Positions 32,141-42,213 of a stretch of 64,000 bases of DNA are shown here, piece by piece. The position numbers and the translations under genes were made by a program. Within the stretch, counting starts at the first letter, position 1; each line of letters opens with the position of its first letter. Source of the stretch: Clostridiales bacterium (GTDB lineage: Bacteria > Bacillota > Clostridia > HGM11327); contig SVGI01000001.1 in the NCBI GenBank assembly GCA_015056385.1, positions 6,616 to 70,615 of the forward strand, given 5' to 3'. The notes beneath the pieces were generated by a model. The model was not told the DNA's origin and searched no databases. It saw nothing but the letters and a program-made list of their open reading frames with translations.

Positions 32141-33598
32141 ATGATAAAAGCTTTAAGTATAGTGGGGGTTGGCCCCAAGGGTATGGATTCGCTTTCCTAC
32201 GCAGGGTACAAGGAAATATTTGAAAGCGGCAAAAACATAATACTTACTACCGCAAAATGCCCCATAGCCCGTAATCTTGAGGAAAATGGCATAGAATTTA
32301 ACGTATTGGACGAGGTTTTTGAGGTAACGGAGGATTACGATGCCCTTTCAAGCCGCATGTGCGACGTTGTTTTTGATGAAAATAAAAAGGGTGAGTGGGT
32401 CCTTTGTGTTCTGGGTGAGCCTACGTTGGGTGAAAGCCTGGTTGAGGAGGTGCTTTTTAAGAGTAAAGCGCTCAATATCCCCGTAAAAATATTCTCCTGC
32501 GTGCCTCTTGGCGCATCTCTTATAGGTGAGTGCGGTATGGTTGCCCCCCAGGGTGTTACAGAAATACCTCTTGCCCGTGCAGAATCTCCCAAGCAGTTCA
32601 ATAAAAGGGCGTGGTGCGCGGTAACCTCACTCTACAATAAGCTTGCCGTTTCTTCATTGAAGCTTATGCTTTATTCCGTGTATCCCGAGGAGCACGAGGT
32701 GTATTTCTGCGCAAGGGGCAAAATAAGCAGGGTACCCCTTTACGAGATAGACAGGCTTCACGGCTATTCCTGGTCCTCTGCCATACTTATTCCCCCGGCA
32801 GAGCCTCTTGTTGCCCCCTTTGATATAACAGACCTTTGCGATATTATGGTAAAGCTCCGCTCTCCTGAGGGCGGATGCCCATGGGACAGGGAGCAAACCT
32901 CACTTACCTTAAGGCAGTACCTTATTGAGGAGGCTCACGAGGCTGTTCAGGCAATTACAAACGGGGACGTTGATGAGATTACAGAGGAGCTTGGCGACGT
33001 GCTTTTACAGGTGGTATTCCACGCGGATATTGCCAAGGATATGACGCTTTACACACTTACAGACGTAATAAATGCCGTATGCCTTAAAATGATACACCGC
33101 CACCCTCACGTTTTTGGCAGCCTTCAGGGAGTAAGCACGTCAGAGAAGGTCCTTGAAAACTGGGAGGCAATAAAGAGGGACGAAAAGAAAACCTCCCTTG
33201 TAAGCGATTCCATAAATTCTCTGCCCGAAAGCATGGAAACGCTTCTTAAAGCCTACAAGGTTCAGAAAAAGGCGGCAGGGGCAGGTATGGATTTTAAGTG
33301 CGGAGAGGATGCCCTTAAGGCCCTTATATCCGAGGTTGAGGAGCTTAAGGCAGCCCCCGAGGATAAAATGGAGGATGAGGCAGGGGACGTAATATTCTCA
33401 CTCGTTAACGTTTTAAGGCACATGGGTATAAACCCCGAAATTGCTCTTCAGGGCGCCGTGGATAAATTTTCCAGGAGGTTTACTCTTACGGAAAAGCTTT
33501 TCTACGAGGAAAACCCGGATAAGAAAATGAGCGACGAGCCTATTGAAGCCCTGGACGTTTATTGGGATAAGGCAAAGAAGCTGTTGCAAAACAGATAA
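32141..33598 (+). CDS. mazG: MazG-family nucleoside triphosphate pyrophosphohydrolase with N-terminal tetrapyrrole-methylase-like domain (YabN-like)
   Basis: Two MazG EExxE motifs (LIEEAHEA, EDEAGD) after an N-terminal methylase-like domain. Confidence 0.85.
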   Translation: MIKALSIVGVGPKGMDSLSYAGYKEIFESGKNIILTTAKCPIARNLEENGIEFNVLDEVFEVTEDYDALSSRMCDVVFDENKKGEWVLCVLGEPTLGESLVEEVLFKSKALNIPVKIFSCVPLGASLIGECGMVAPQGVTEIPLARAESPKQFNKRAWCAVTSLYNKLAVSSLKLMLYSVYPEEHEVYFCARGKISRVPLYEIDRLHGYSWSSAILIPPAEPLVAPFDITDLCDIMVKLRSPEGGCPWDREQTSLTLRQYLIEEAHEAVQAITNGDVDEITEELGDVLLQVVFHADIAKDMTLYTLTDVINAVCLKMIHRHPHVFGSLQGVSTSEKVLENWEAIKRDEKKTSLVSDSINSLPESMETLLKAYKVQKKAAGAGMDFKCGEDALKALISEVEELKAAPEDKMEDEAGDVIFSLVNVLRHMGINPEIALQGAVDKFSRRFTLTEKLFYEENPDKKMSDEPIEALDVYWDKAKKLLQNR

Positions 33599-33851
33599 TA
33601 GCGGCTAAATAAGATAAACAAAGCCCATAAGGCTATGCGCCATGTGGGCTTTGATTTTTTGGCACATAAAAGCGCACTAACGAATGATAGACGCACTTAT
33701 TTTATATTTTTTATATAAAATGTACCAAAAATATGCGGCTTTCAACAGTAAAAGCCCCTCTTAAGGCGGGATTATTGTACCCCTTGCAGGAAAACGTAAA
33801 AAAATGTATAATAAAAGGGCAAACGGCGTATGGCGAATAAAGCATATTTCG

Positions 33852-33912
33852 TCAAACGAACAATACAAACGGCGTCAAACGAATAATATATACAGCGCCA
33901 AACGAACAATAC
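33852..33912 (+). repeat. Three phased direct repeats CAAACGAA(C/T)AATA with 23-bp periodicity upstream of the regulator gene
   Basis: tcaaacgaacaatac (33852), tcaaacgaataata (33875), ccaaacgaacaatac (33898); a related caaacggcgta copy lies further upstream. The last repeat ends 12 nt before the ATG at 33925. Confidence 0.6.
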
Positions 33913-33924
33913 GGAGCGTACAAA

Positions 33925-35181
33925 ATGGCAGAGGAAGAATATATACAGCTTAAAGAAGCGGCAGAGATGTGGGGAGTATCGGTGCGCAGGGTGCAGACAC
34001 TTTGCGCAGAGGGAAGAATACCAGGTGCAAAGCGTATGGGCAGGGACTGGGTAATACCCACAACAGCGCAAAAGCCTCGCGACGGGCGTACAAGGGCAGG
34101 CAGAGAGGTGTATGGCGGAAATACAGACGTAGATATGCCTATGCCCTTAAAGACACCTTTTCTGTATATGTCAAGGATGTATTACGCTCCGGGCTGCGCA
34201 GAGGAGGCAATCAAAAGGCTGGAATACAATTTTGAAGCGCAGACGATTTTTTCCTCTGAAATAGCCCTTGCAAGGGGTGATATAGATAAGGTATACGAAA
34301 GGGCAAATTACCTTTTGGAAAAGCATTCGGGCTTTTACGCAATACTTGCCGCAGGCACTCTTCTTGCCCACTGCGCAATATGGCGCGGAGATTTGAATAT
34401 GTGGCGCAAGGCCAAAATACATATTGCAGAGGCAGGGACAAAGGACCACAGCAAAACGGAGCTTGTATCCCTTTGTATCTGCGCTGTGGACAGTCTGCTT
34501 TACGACGTAAAGGATTTCCCCGAGTGGTTCAAAATAGGCTGCTTTGAGCTTTTGCACAAGGATTCTCTCCCTGCGGCAAAGGTATATTATGCAAAATATC
34601 TTTACGCCACGGGCTACGGTATTGCCTCGCAGAAAATAGAGCTTGAGGGTATAAAGGGCCTTGCCCTTATGGGCCTTCTGCCTGCCACAATAGAGCCCAT
34701 GATTTCACAGGCTATGGCGGATAATACGGTTATTACCGAAATTTATCTGCGGCTCATCTGCGCTGTTGCCTACCATTACAGTAAAAACGACAAGCAGGCC
34801 ATACGGCATATAGACAGAGCCGTTGCAATAGCCCTTCCCGATAAGCTTTTCGGTATTCTGGCGGAATATTGCCGCACCCTGGGCTCTTTGCTTGAGCAGC
34901 GTGTAAGGGCTGTGGATAATGAGGCGTGGGAGAAAATAAGCGGGCTTTATATAAATTACGTAAACAACTGGTCCAGGCTCAACAGTAAAATCACAGGCAG
35001 ACAAATAGTAGAAAAGCTTTCCGCACAATACAGAGAGGTTGCCCGCCTTGCCGCCTTCAAGCTTTCCGATGCTGAAATTGCAGAAAGAATGAATATGTCT
35101 GTTCCCGGTGTTAAGCAGGCTATAAGAATAATAAAGCAAAAAAGTAATCTGGACCGTGATGATTTTGCCGCAATACTGTAA
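33925..35181 (+). CDS. Dual-HTH transcriptional regulator (N-terminal excisionase/MerR-type HTH, C-terminal LuxR/GerE-type HTH)
   Basis: N-terminus IQLKEAAEMWGVSVRRVQTLCAEGRIPGAKRMGRDWVIP is HTH_17-like. C-terminus ARLAAFKLSDAEIAERMNMSVPGVKQAIRIIKQK is LuxR-type. A ~300-aa helical middle region lies between. Confidence 0.7.
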   Translation: MAEEEYIQLKEAAEMWGVSVRRVQTLCAEGRIPGAKRMGRDWVIPTTAQKPRDGRTRAGREVYGGNTDVDMPMPLKTPFLYMSRMYYAPGCAEEAIKRLEYNFEAQTIFSSEIALARGDIDKVYERANYLLEKHSGFYAILAAGTLLAHCAIWRGDLNMWRKAKIHIAEAGTKDHSKTELVSLCICAVDSLLYDVKDFPEWFKIGCFELLHKDSLPAAKVYYAKYLYATGYGIASQKIELEGIKGLALMGLLPATIEPMISQAMADNTVITEIYLRLICAVAYHYSKNDKQAIRHIDRAVAIALPDKLFGILAEYCRTLGSLLEQRVRAVDNEAWEKISGLYINYVNNWSRLNSKITGRQIVEKLSAQYREVARLAAFKLSDAEIAERMNMSVPGVKQAIRIIKQKSNLDRDDFAAIL

Positions 35182-35378
35182 CAGAGGCAAAATGGGGAGG
35201 GTATATATCCTACGCCGTTAAAAAAGATATATCTTTTCTGCGGCACAGAAAAAAGTATGTACTTTTTTTCGCCGTACAGGTAATACACACGAAAAAACGA
35301 ATCTGCTAAAATGTTATTACAGGGATAACACAAGGCAGATTTTTGTTTTGCCCGGTATTATAAGGAAAGGTAAAAAAG

Positions 35379-35741
35379 ATGATAAGGAAGCTTCTGGGAA
35401 TAGAGCCCCAACAAAGCTCTTACACACCTGAGGAGGGCGACCTTTTTAAGAGGATTGAGCTTGGCGGTAAATGCTTTGAGATAAGGTACGGCTTTTATGA
35501 GGAGTGCGACAGGCACACCCCTCTTGCAGAGCCCGTTGCCATTTATCCCGACTTTACAAAAAAGCCTGAATATACCAATGAGGGGCAGCCCTTCGTTACC
35601 GAAATGCAGACCCTTTGCAGCTGCTTTGACGGCGTGAGGGACCAAAACAGCGTATGCGGAGATTGCATCCACTACAAAAAGGGCGACGAACTAATAGGAA
35701 TTTGTACCTGCGAGGAAAACAAAAAGGCATCCTCAAGGTAA
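35379..35741 (+). CDS. Small Cys-rich hypothetical protein
   Basis: 120-aa ORF with a 12-nt spacer RBS and 8 Cys (…CxxC…), located between the regulator and the giant surface protein gene. Confidence 0.5.
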   Translation: MIRKLLGIEPQQSSYTPEEGDLFKRIELGGKCFEIRYGFYEECDRHTPLAEPVAIYPDFTKKPEYTNEGQPFVTEMQTLCSCFDGVRDQNSVCGDCIHYKKGDELIGICTCEENKKASSR

Positions 35742-35840
35742 AAAACACTCGGCGGATTAAAGGGCGGTGAATAAAGCTCTTAAGCCTAAAAAATAATAAA
35801 GAAAGATACGTATACATATATCACAGGGAGGGTATAAAAA

Positions 35841-38800
35841 ATGACGAGGACGAAATTACTTCAAAGAGCAGTATGCCTGCTTCTTTGCATGGCGTTAATT
35901 ATCGGATACGTTCCTGTAATTATAAATTCCAAAGCAAGGGCTGTAACGCTGGTTGAATCAGCTATTGCTCAGATAATTGCAGATAACGGTACCGCCATGG
36001 GCTTTGAAACAATGATGGGCACGGATGCAGACGGCAACCGCTATGCAGGCCGTGTATGGGCGGATAAATCCGTATATAAGGATGGGGACACAGCAGTTCT
36101 CAACAGTAAAAATAACTCAGAATCATCCTTTGAGGTATCTCTTGAGGATGACGAGGCATTCCAGATTGTTTTTTCTGTTCTGGGCTCAACAATGTCCACT
36201 ACGGATACGGTTACGAAAACAGGCCCCGTGGACGTGGTCCTTGTGCTGGACAACTCCGGCTCCATGACGTTTACCTCCGGCGGAACTACCCGTATGCAGA
36301 AGGTTATTACCGCTGCAAACGATCTTCTTGAGGATTTACTTGCAGAGGGCAACGATATACGCCTTGGTGTTGCCGCATACAGCCGTAATTCATCCGTTGT
36401 GCTTCCCTTCGGAAGATATACCAACGGCGTTGAATTAAGGGTAAACAGCTATACGGGCACAGGAAGCTCAAACGGCGTTATTACTGCCTACAACAGCTCA
36501 AATCAGATTATAGACTCAAATTACAAAAGTGAGGGCTACGTAGGCGGAACAAACATTCAGGCAGGCTTTACAACGGCTATGGAGATGCTCAGCACCGCTA
36601 CCGATACACAGGGACGTAAGCCCGTAGTTATCCTCCTTACAGACGGCGCCGCAAATACAGGCCTTGACAGGCTGTTTGATAACGACAGCGAGGGCACCAG
36701 CCGCCGCTTTAACTACTCATCAGAGGTAGAGCCGTCAATCGCCCTGAGCACCCTGCTCAGCACAGCCTACAATAAGGCAAGGATAGAAAAGCATTACGGC
36801 AGAGCCGCTATGGTATACGGCGTAGGCGTGGACCTTTCCGCAAGAGACGGCTCCAACGCCATTATAGACCCTAAAAATTTCTTTAATGACGAAAACGTGA
36901 ATTCCAATATCCGCGAGGCCTACGGTTATTACGTGAACACCTGGCTTAATGGTAACGACGTAAGCTTAAGAGATGGCGGATACAATTTCTTCTTCGGCCA
37001 CGAATATCCCGCAGGCTCCGGCATTACGGATAAGGACGTTGCAGACAATATCAACTACGTTGATTCCTATTACCCCGTAACAGGCGCAGACCTTGGGGGC
37101 GTTTTTGAGCAGATCTATCAGGAGATCACCTCCGGCGCATTTAACCCCATTTCATCAAGCTTCTCCTCACAGGGCGGTACAGGCGTAGATGACACTCCCC
37201 TTATCTACGTTGACTTTATCGGTCAGCACATGGAAATCAAGGAAATTCAGGCTATTACGCTGTTTGGCGCGTCTTACGGCGTTGTGAAAAATGCAAACGG
37301 TACCTATACCGTAACAGAGGCAACAGGCACAAATCCCACAACAAACGAGGAGTGGAATACAGCCAGGGATATTCGCATTACAGTAACGGAAATGCCGGAT
37401 AACACACAGAAACTTGAAATCAGAATCAATCAGGAAATCCTTCCCATTATATTGGAAAAGGTTGCCTCCTCCACAGTTGGCAATACAACAAGCTCAACGA
37501 TTACCGAATATGCACAAACTCCCTTACGTGTATACTACACGGTAGGTATTGATTCCGACATACTCCTTCCCGACGGTGATATTGATATCTCAATGATAAA
37601 GGACTACGAGCATATCAAGGAAAACGAGGGCATAGTATCGTTTTACAGCAATCAGTTTGGCGTTGGTCCCGATAAGGATAATCCCAATAAGACCATAAGC
37701 CGCGACGCTCATATTGGCTTCCAGCCCTCTATGGAAAACAGATACTATTTCCATCAGACAAATCAGGGAATATTTACAGGCATCAAGGACGAGAACGGCA
37801 ATGCTGTAACCATCCCCGAGAATAACGAATACGGCATCCTATGGCAGGACGGCAAATACAGCCTTTCCTGGATGACCTACGACGAATATAATTCCACAGG
37901 GCTTAATGATAAGGTTTATACCTACGTTACCTACTACCGCCCCACCGAAAGCACGGCGGATGCGGCAAACGCAGCCCAAAGGATTACGTATCTCGTATAT
38001 ACGGAGTGGAAATACCTTAAGGAATCTGCCGCATTTTACGACGCGGCGGCAAAGGCATATCTTAACAACGGCGAGGCTATCCCGGAGGATGATGTTGACG
38101 CAGAGATTGCTGCCTACACAAGCGCAAATCCCAATGCAGAAATTTACGCTGTGCTTGGCGTAAACTCCTTAAGAACAAGCCGCCTCCACAATATGATGAG
38201 AAGCAAGGCTGAAAACCTTACAGGCACAGAGACATACTACTACCTTCCCGAATACACGCACGAGATGGCTGCCGACCACAACGAAAACAGCGTTGTAGTA
38301 TGGCTTGGCAACAACGGCAGAGTAGACGTTAAGCTCAACACAGGTATCGCAATAACAAAGGCTGTTACAGAGGAAATCGGTAATGCAGACGATACCTACG
38401 CAATCACCGTTACAGTGCCGCAGGGGGTTTCTGCAACTCCTACAGTGCTTGATGCACAGGGTAACGCCGTTGCATACACCTACGCCAATAACGTTCTTAC
38501 AGTAAGATTAAAGGCAGATGAAACAGTATACGTAAAGGGAATTCCCGAGGGTACGGTATGTGAAATAAACGAGGTAATACCTGCAGGCGCAGAATATTAC
38601 GTTGCAAGCAAGACAGACAGTGTTACAGTTCCCACAGTAGAGGACGTCCTTAACGGCGCAGATACATTTGCCTCTGCAGTTGTTACAAACGCGCCTAATA
38701 AATACGGCAACCTCTTCATTACAAAGAGAATTATAAGCCCCCACGCAGTTCCCCAAAGCGTAATGGACTCCTCCTTTGAAATCAGAGTAAGCCTGGGCTC

Positions 38801-41627
38801 ATCAAATGCAAATAAGGAATTCACCGTAATAGACAGCGAGCACCCCGCCTCCTATACAAGGGAAACCAATGCCCAGGGTGAGCTTACATTTGAAATCAAG
38901 GCAGCCCAGACTGTTGAAATACTCCATATCCCTGCAGGCACAGCTGTAACGGTTACGGAAAATCTCACGTCTGCCCAGCAGACAATGTTCCCCGGGGTAA
39001 CCTATCACGTTCACACTCAAAACGGTGAGCAGGAAACAACGGGTAGTGCGTCCCTTACAGTATCCTCTGCAGGAAGAGTAACGGCAGTTGTTGAAAACGA
39101 GTACAGGCCACAGGAGGTTTCTGTGGATATGGACGTTGTTATCAACAAGAATTTTGCCGATGAAAGCGTAAGAGATTATCTTGCAGGCGGTGAATTTGAG
39201 TTTATAGTGGAAAAATTCGGAGCTAATACTCCCATTGCAGAGGGCTCCGTGGTATACGCCGCAATGGAATACGGCCTTAAAACCGTAATTCTTGAGGATA
39301 TACTTAAAAATGAGGTATATACAGAGGAGGGCATCTATTCCTACAAGATATCAGAGGTAAAGGGCTCGGCTCTAAACGTTTCATACGACCGCGCAGAATA
39401 TACCTTCGACGTTGTTGTAAGAGATAACGGCGGCAGGCTTGAGGCAACTGTTATAACGGCGGACGATTCCGAAATAGAGGACGAGATAGGCGACGGTGCC
39501 GTAGACTTTACAGTTACATTCACAAACACCTACGATACTGCACCTACAAGCCTTGATATCGTAAAGGAGATAAGTAACAGCACAGGCGACACTACGGTTT
39601 CTGCGCACGGCTTTGAGTTTAAGGCCGTTGAGGTAGATGCAAACGGCAATATTTTGAATCCTGCATCTCCCGCAATAACCACTGTTTTCTCCAATGCGGC
39701 AGGTGAAGCCCGTTTAAGCGGCGTATATACAAGAAGCCAGATAGGCAATACCTACTACTACCTTGTATCCGAGGAAAATCATAACAGCCCCGGCTGGGGA
39801 TACTCCGCGGCGCAGTACCTTGTAACAGTTACTGTTGCTGATGTTAACGGTGAGCTTGTTGCCAATATGGCAATAGCCCTTTACAACGAGGAGGCAGAAG
39901 ATGAAAAGACTCCCGTTGTCGAGAATGGCAACAGAGGAAAAGTCTACTTTACAAACACCTACGCGCCCGAGGACGCTGAATTAAGCCTTGACGGCAAGGT
40001 AATCAAAAACCTTACAGGCAAGGAGCTTAACGCAGGAGATTTCACATTCTCCGTATATGAAAGGGTTACCGGAGACCTTAAGCTTACAGGCGAAAACGGC
40101 TTGGGTAACGACGTTACTCTTGTAGATTTCAACGGCGTGCTTACATTTGATACCGTTGGAACAAAGGCGTACAGGGTTGTTGAGGATATTCCCGCCAACG
40201 CCGTATATGATGCAGTTACAGGTAAATACGTGCTCAACGGCATGAGCTACGATTCAACAGAATACCACCTTATAGTAGAGGTAACAAACGATATTGCCCA
40301 GGGTAAATTGGTTGCAGACTACTACTTTGAGGATGCAGTTGGGGATACTGTAACCTTCTACAACACATATGCTGTAAAGGCTACGGAATACACCGTAAGC
40401 GGTAAAAAGATACTTCACGGCAGAGCCCCCAAGGGAGACGAGTTTGAATTCGAGCTTTACGAGGGCGGCACTCTTAAGGAAACAGTAAAAAATAAGGCAG
40501 ACGGCAGCTTTGCCTTTACGGCAATAACCTACACCAAGGCAGGTGTCTACACCTACACGGTTAAGGAAAAGGCAGGCAGTGTTTTAGGTATCAGATACGA
40601 CGGCGTAAGTAGCCCCATTATGTTAACCGTTACTGTAACTGACGTAAACGGCGAGCTTACGGCAGCGGCAAGCGTTTCAAACAACGACATCGTATTTGAA
40701 AACACGTATATTGCAGCCCCTGCAGAAATAGCCTTCAACGGAACAAAGACGTTTATAGGCGGAAGCCTTACGGATAAGGCGTTTACCTTCAGGCTTTACG
40801 CAACGGATATGGATTTTGATATTACAAAGGCAGGCACAAGGGTTGTAGGCTCTGCAACTCAGGATGAAAACGGCGTATTTACACTTGCAGGCATTCTCGA
40901 TACAGCGGGTACCCATTACGTCGTAATAGCAGAGGTTGCCCCCGATACTGCAGACGGCATTGTGTACGACAGTACTCAGTACAGATACATCGTTCACGTA
41001 ACCGATACGGGGGACGGTCAGCTCAAGGCATCCGTTACAGACGTAAACCAAGGCACAACAACAGCCCCCGCAGCACAGGCGTCGGTAAGCCTCGGCTTTA
41101 CAAACGCAATCTTTGACGAGGTAACCGATAAAGAGGTTTACCTTGGAGATAATAATGTTGAAATAGACGGTGAAATAGTTGAAGCAGGGGATGAGCTTAC
41201 GTATTTCATCACCTACAACAACTACACAGGTAAGGACGTTACTGTGGAAATTACGGATATAATCCCCGGCCATACAACCTACGTGGAGGGCTCCGCAACC
41301 CATAGCGGCGATTATGCAGGCGGGCACATCAACTGGATTCTCAACGTGGCAAGGGGTGAGGGCGTAACCGTATCCTTCAAGGTAACGGTAAACGAAACAG
41401 AGGATGAGGGCGCATCCGTTTCAAACAAGGCTCAGATAACAGACGGTGAAAACATTTACACAACAAACGAGGTGGAAAATCCCGTTAAGGAGCCCGAGAT
41501 TGTACCTCCCGTAACAGGGGACAGCACTATGCTTTATCTCATACTTGCAATAGCTGTATTAAGCATAGGCGCACTTATTACTCTTGGTGCATACGCCAAA
41601 AGAAAAAATGAGGCAGAGGAAATCTGA
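35841..41627 (+). CDS. Giant cell-wall-anchored adhesin: signal peptide, vWA domain with MIDAS, at least 5 Spy0128-type isopeptide (SpaA-like) repeats, DUF11-like domain, (S/P)PxTG sorting signal
   Basis: Signal peptide. DNSGSMT and LTDGAANTG MIDAS motifs. Repeated F.F.L.E...NG...F..I.Y...G.Y.Y.V.E....YD...Y.V.V.V.D..G.L.A......F.N.Y modules. C-terminus PPVTGDSTM, hydrophobic helix, then KRKNEAEEI. Confidence 0.85.
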   Translation: MTRTKLLQRAVCLLLCMALIIGYVPVIINSKARAVTLVESAIAQIIADNGTAMGFETMMGTDADGNRYAGRVWADKSVYKDGDTAVLNSKNNSESSFEVSLEDDEAFQIVFSVLGSTMSTTDTVTKTGPVDVVLVLDNSGSMTFTSGGTTRMQKVITAANDLLEDLLAEGNDIRLGVAAYSRNSSVVLPFGRYTNGVELRVNSYTGTGSSNGVITAYNSSNQIIDSNYKSEGYVGGTNIQAGFTTAMEMLSTATDTQGRKPVVILLTDGAANTGLDRLFDNDSEGTSRRFNYSSEVEPSIALSTLLSTAYNKARIEKHYGRAAMVYGVGVDLSARDGSNAIIDPKNFFNDENVNSNIREAYGYYVNTWLNGNDVSLRDGGYNFFFGHEYPAGSGITDKDVADNINYVDSYYPVTGADLGGVFEQIYQEITSGAFNPISSSFSSQGGTGVDDTPLIYVDFIGQHMEIKEIQAITLFGASYGVVKNANGTYTVTEATGTNPTTNEEWNTARDIRITVTEMPDNTQKLEIRINQEILPIILEKVASSTVGNTTSSTITEYAQTPLRVYYTVGIDSDILLPDGDIDISMIKDYEHIKENEGIVSFYSNQFGVGPDKDNPNKTISRDAHIGFQPSMENRYYFHQTNQGIFTGIKDENGNAVTIPENNEYGILWQDGKYSLSWMTYDEYNSTGLNDKVYTYVTYYRPTESTADAANAAQRITYLVYTEWKYLKESAAFYDAAAKAYLNNGEAIPEDDVDAEIAAYTSANPNAEIYAVLGVNSLRTSRLHNMMRSKAENLTGTETYYYLPEYTHEMAADHNENSVVVWLGNNGRVDVKLNTGIAITKAVTEEIGNADDTYAITVTVPQGVSATPTVLDAQGNAVAYTYANNVLTVRLKADETVYVKGIPEGTVCEINEVIPAGAEYYVASKTDSVTVPTVEDVLNGADTFASAVVTNAPNKYGNLFITKRIISPHAVPQSVMDSSFEIRVSLGSSNANKEFTVIDSEHPASYTRETNAQGELTFEIKAAQTVEILHIPAGTAVTVTENLTSAQQTMFPGVTYHVHTQNGEQETTGSASLTVSSAGRVTAVVENEYRPQEVSVDMDVVINKNFADESVRDYLAGGEFEFIVEKFGANTPIAEGSVVYAAMEYGLKTVILEDILKNEVYTEEGIYSYKISEVKGSALNVSYDRAEYTFDVVVRDNGGRLEATVITADDSEIEDEIGDGAVDFTVTFTNTYDTAPTSLDIVKEISNSTGDTTVSAHGFEFKAVEVDANGNILNPASPAITTVFSNAAGEARLSGVYTRSQIGNTYYYLVSEENHNSPGWGYSAAQYLVTVTVADVNGELVANMAIALYNEEAEDEKTPVVENGNRGKVYFTNTYAPEDAELSLDGKVIKNLTGKELNAGDFTFSVYERVTGDLKLTGENGLGNDVTLVDFNGVLTFDTVGTKAYRVVEDIPANAVYDAVTGKYVLNGMSYDSTEYHLIVEVTNDIAQGKLVADYYFEDAVGDTVTFYNTYAVKATEYTVSGKKILHGRAPKGDEFEFELYEGGTLKETVKNKADGSFAFTAITYTKAGVYTYTVKEKAGSVLGIRYDGVSSPIMLTVTVTDVNGELTAAASVSNNDIVFENTYIAAPAEIAFNGTKTFIGGSLTDKAFTFRLYATDMDFDITKAGTRVVGSATQDENGVFTLAGILDTAGTHYVVIAEVAPDTADGIVYDSTQYRYIVHVTDTGDGQLKASVTDVNQGTTTAPAAQASVSLGFTNAIFDEVTDKEVYLGDNNVEIDGEIVEAGDELTYFITYNNYTGKDVTVEITDIIPGHTTYVEGSATHSGDYAGGHINWILNVARGEGVTVSFKVTVNETEDEGASVSNKAQITDGENIYTTNEVENPVKEPEIVPPVTGDSTMLYLILAIAVLSIGALITLGAYAKRKNEAEEI

Positions 41628-41644
41628 TACAGCATTTAACTGAA

Positions 41645-41675
41645 AAAGGGCGGTATTAGGCACCGCCCTTTTGCT
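41645..41675 (+). terminator. Terminator after the adhesin gene
   Basis: Hairpin gggcggt-attagg-caccgccc followed by TTTTG. Confidence 0.5.
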
Positions 41676-41855
41676 GTAATATGGATGAAAAAATGAGTAT
41701 ATTTCAAATGAATGAACAATTTTTTAAGGTTTGAAATAACCCCTTAAAATACATTGATTTTATTACAAAAATGGGATATAATACTTGATAATATAACCAA
41801 AAATCGAAAAATTTGGGTTTTTGGCCAATGAAAATGTTATACGGAGGTTCATAAG

Positions 41856-42161
41856 ATGAATAAAAACGCATTGATTGCAGAAGTAGCGAAAAGATCTCAT
41901 ATATCAAAAAAACAGTCAAAAGAGATCGTAGAGTGTGTGTTCGATTGCATGGCAGATGAATTGAATGCAGGTAACAACGTTCAGATAGTTGGCTTCGGTA
42001 ACTTTAAGGTTAAGGAAAGATCACCCCGCGAGGGCATCAGCCTTGAAACTAACGACAGAATTACATTCCCTTCCTGCCGTGTTGTTTCCTTCAGAATCGG
42101 CAAAACATTGAGAGACAGGCTCAACGGCCTGAAGAGCTCTGAGGCAGAGGACGAAGAATAA
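41856..42161 (+). CDS. hup: HU/IHF-family DNA-binding protein with acidic C-terminal extension
   Basis: HU fold sequence (GFGNFKVKERSPREG...) plus a C-terminal SSEAEDEE tail. Confidence 0.85.
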   Translation: MNKNALIAEVAKRSHISKKQSKEIVECVFDCMADELNAGNNVQIVGFGNFKVKERSPREGISLETNDRITFPSCRVVSFRIGKTLRDRLNGLKSSEAEDEE

Positions 42162-42213
42162 TAAAAATCAAGCACGCAGATTTCTGTGTGCTTTTTTTAT
42201 AAAGGTAAAGTGT

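Noticed and set aside
36041-41327. Multiple ORFs of 60-216 aa antisense or out of frame within the 1928-aa adhesin gene
   Set aside because: They are fully nested in a long, domain-consistent forward ORF. They are compositional artefacts of repeat-rich DNA.
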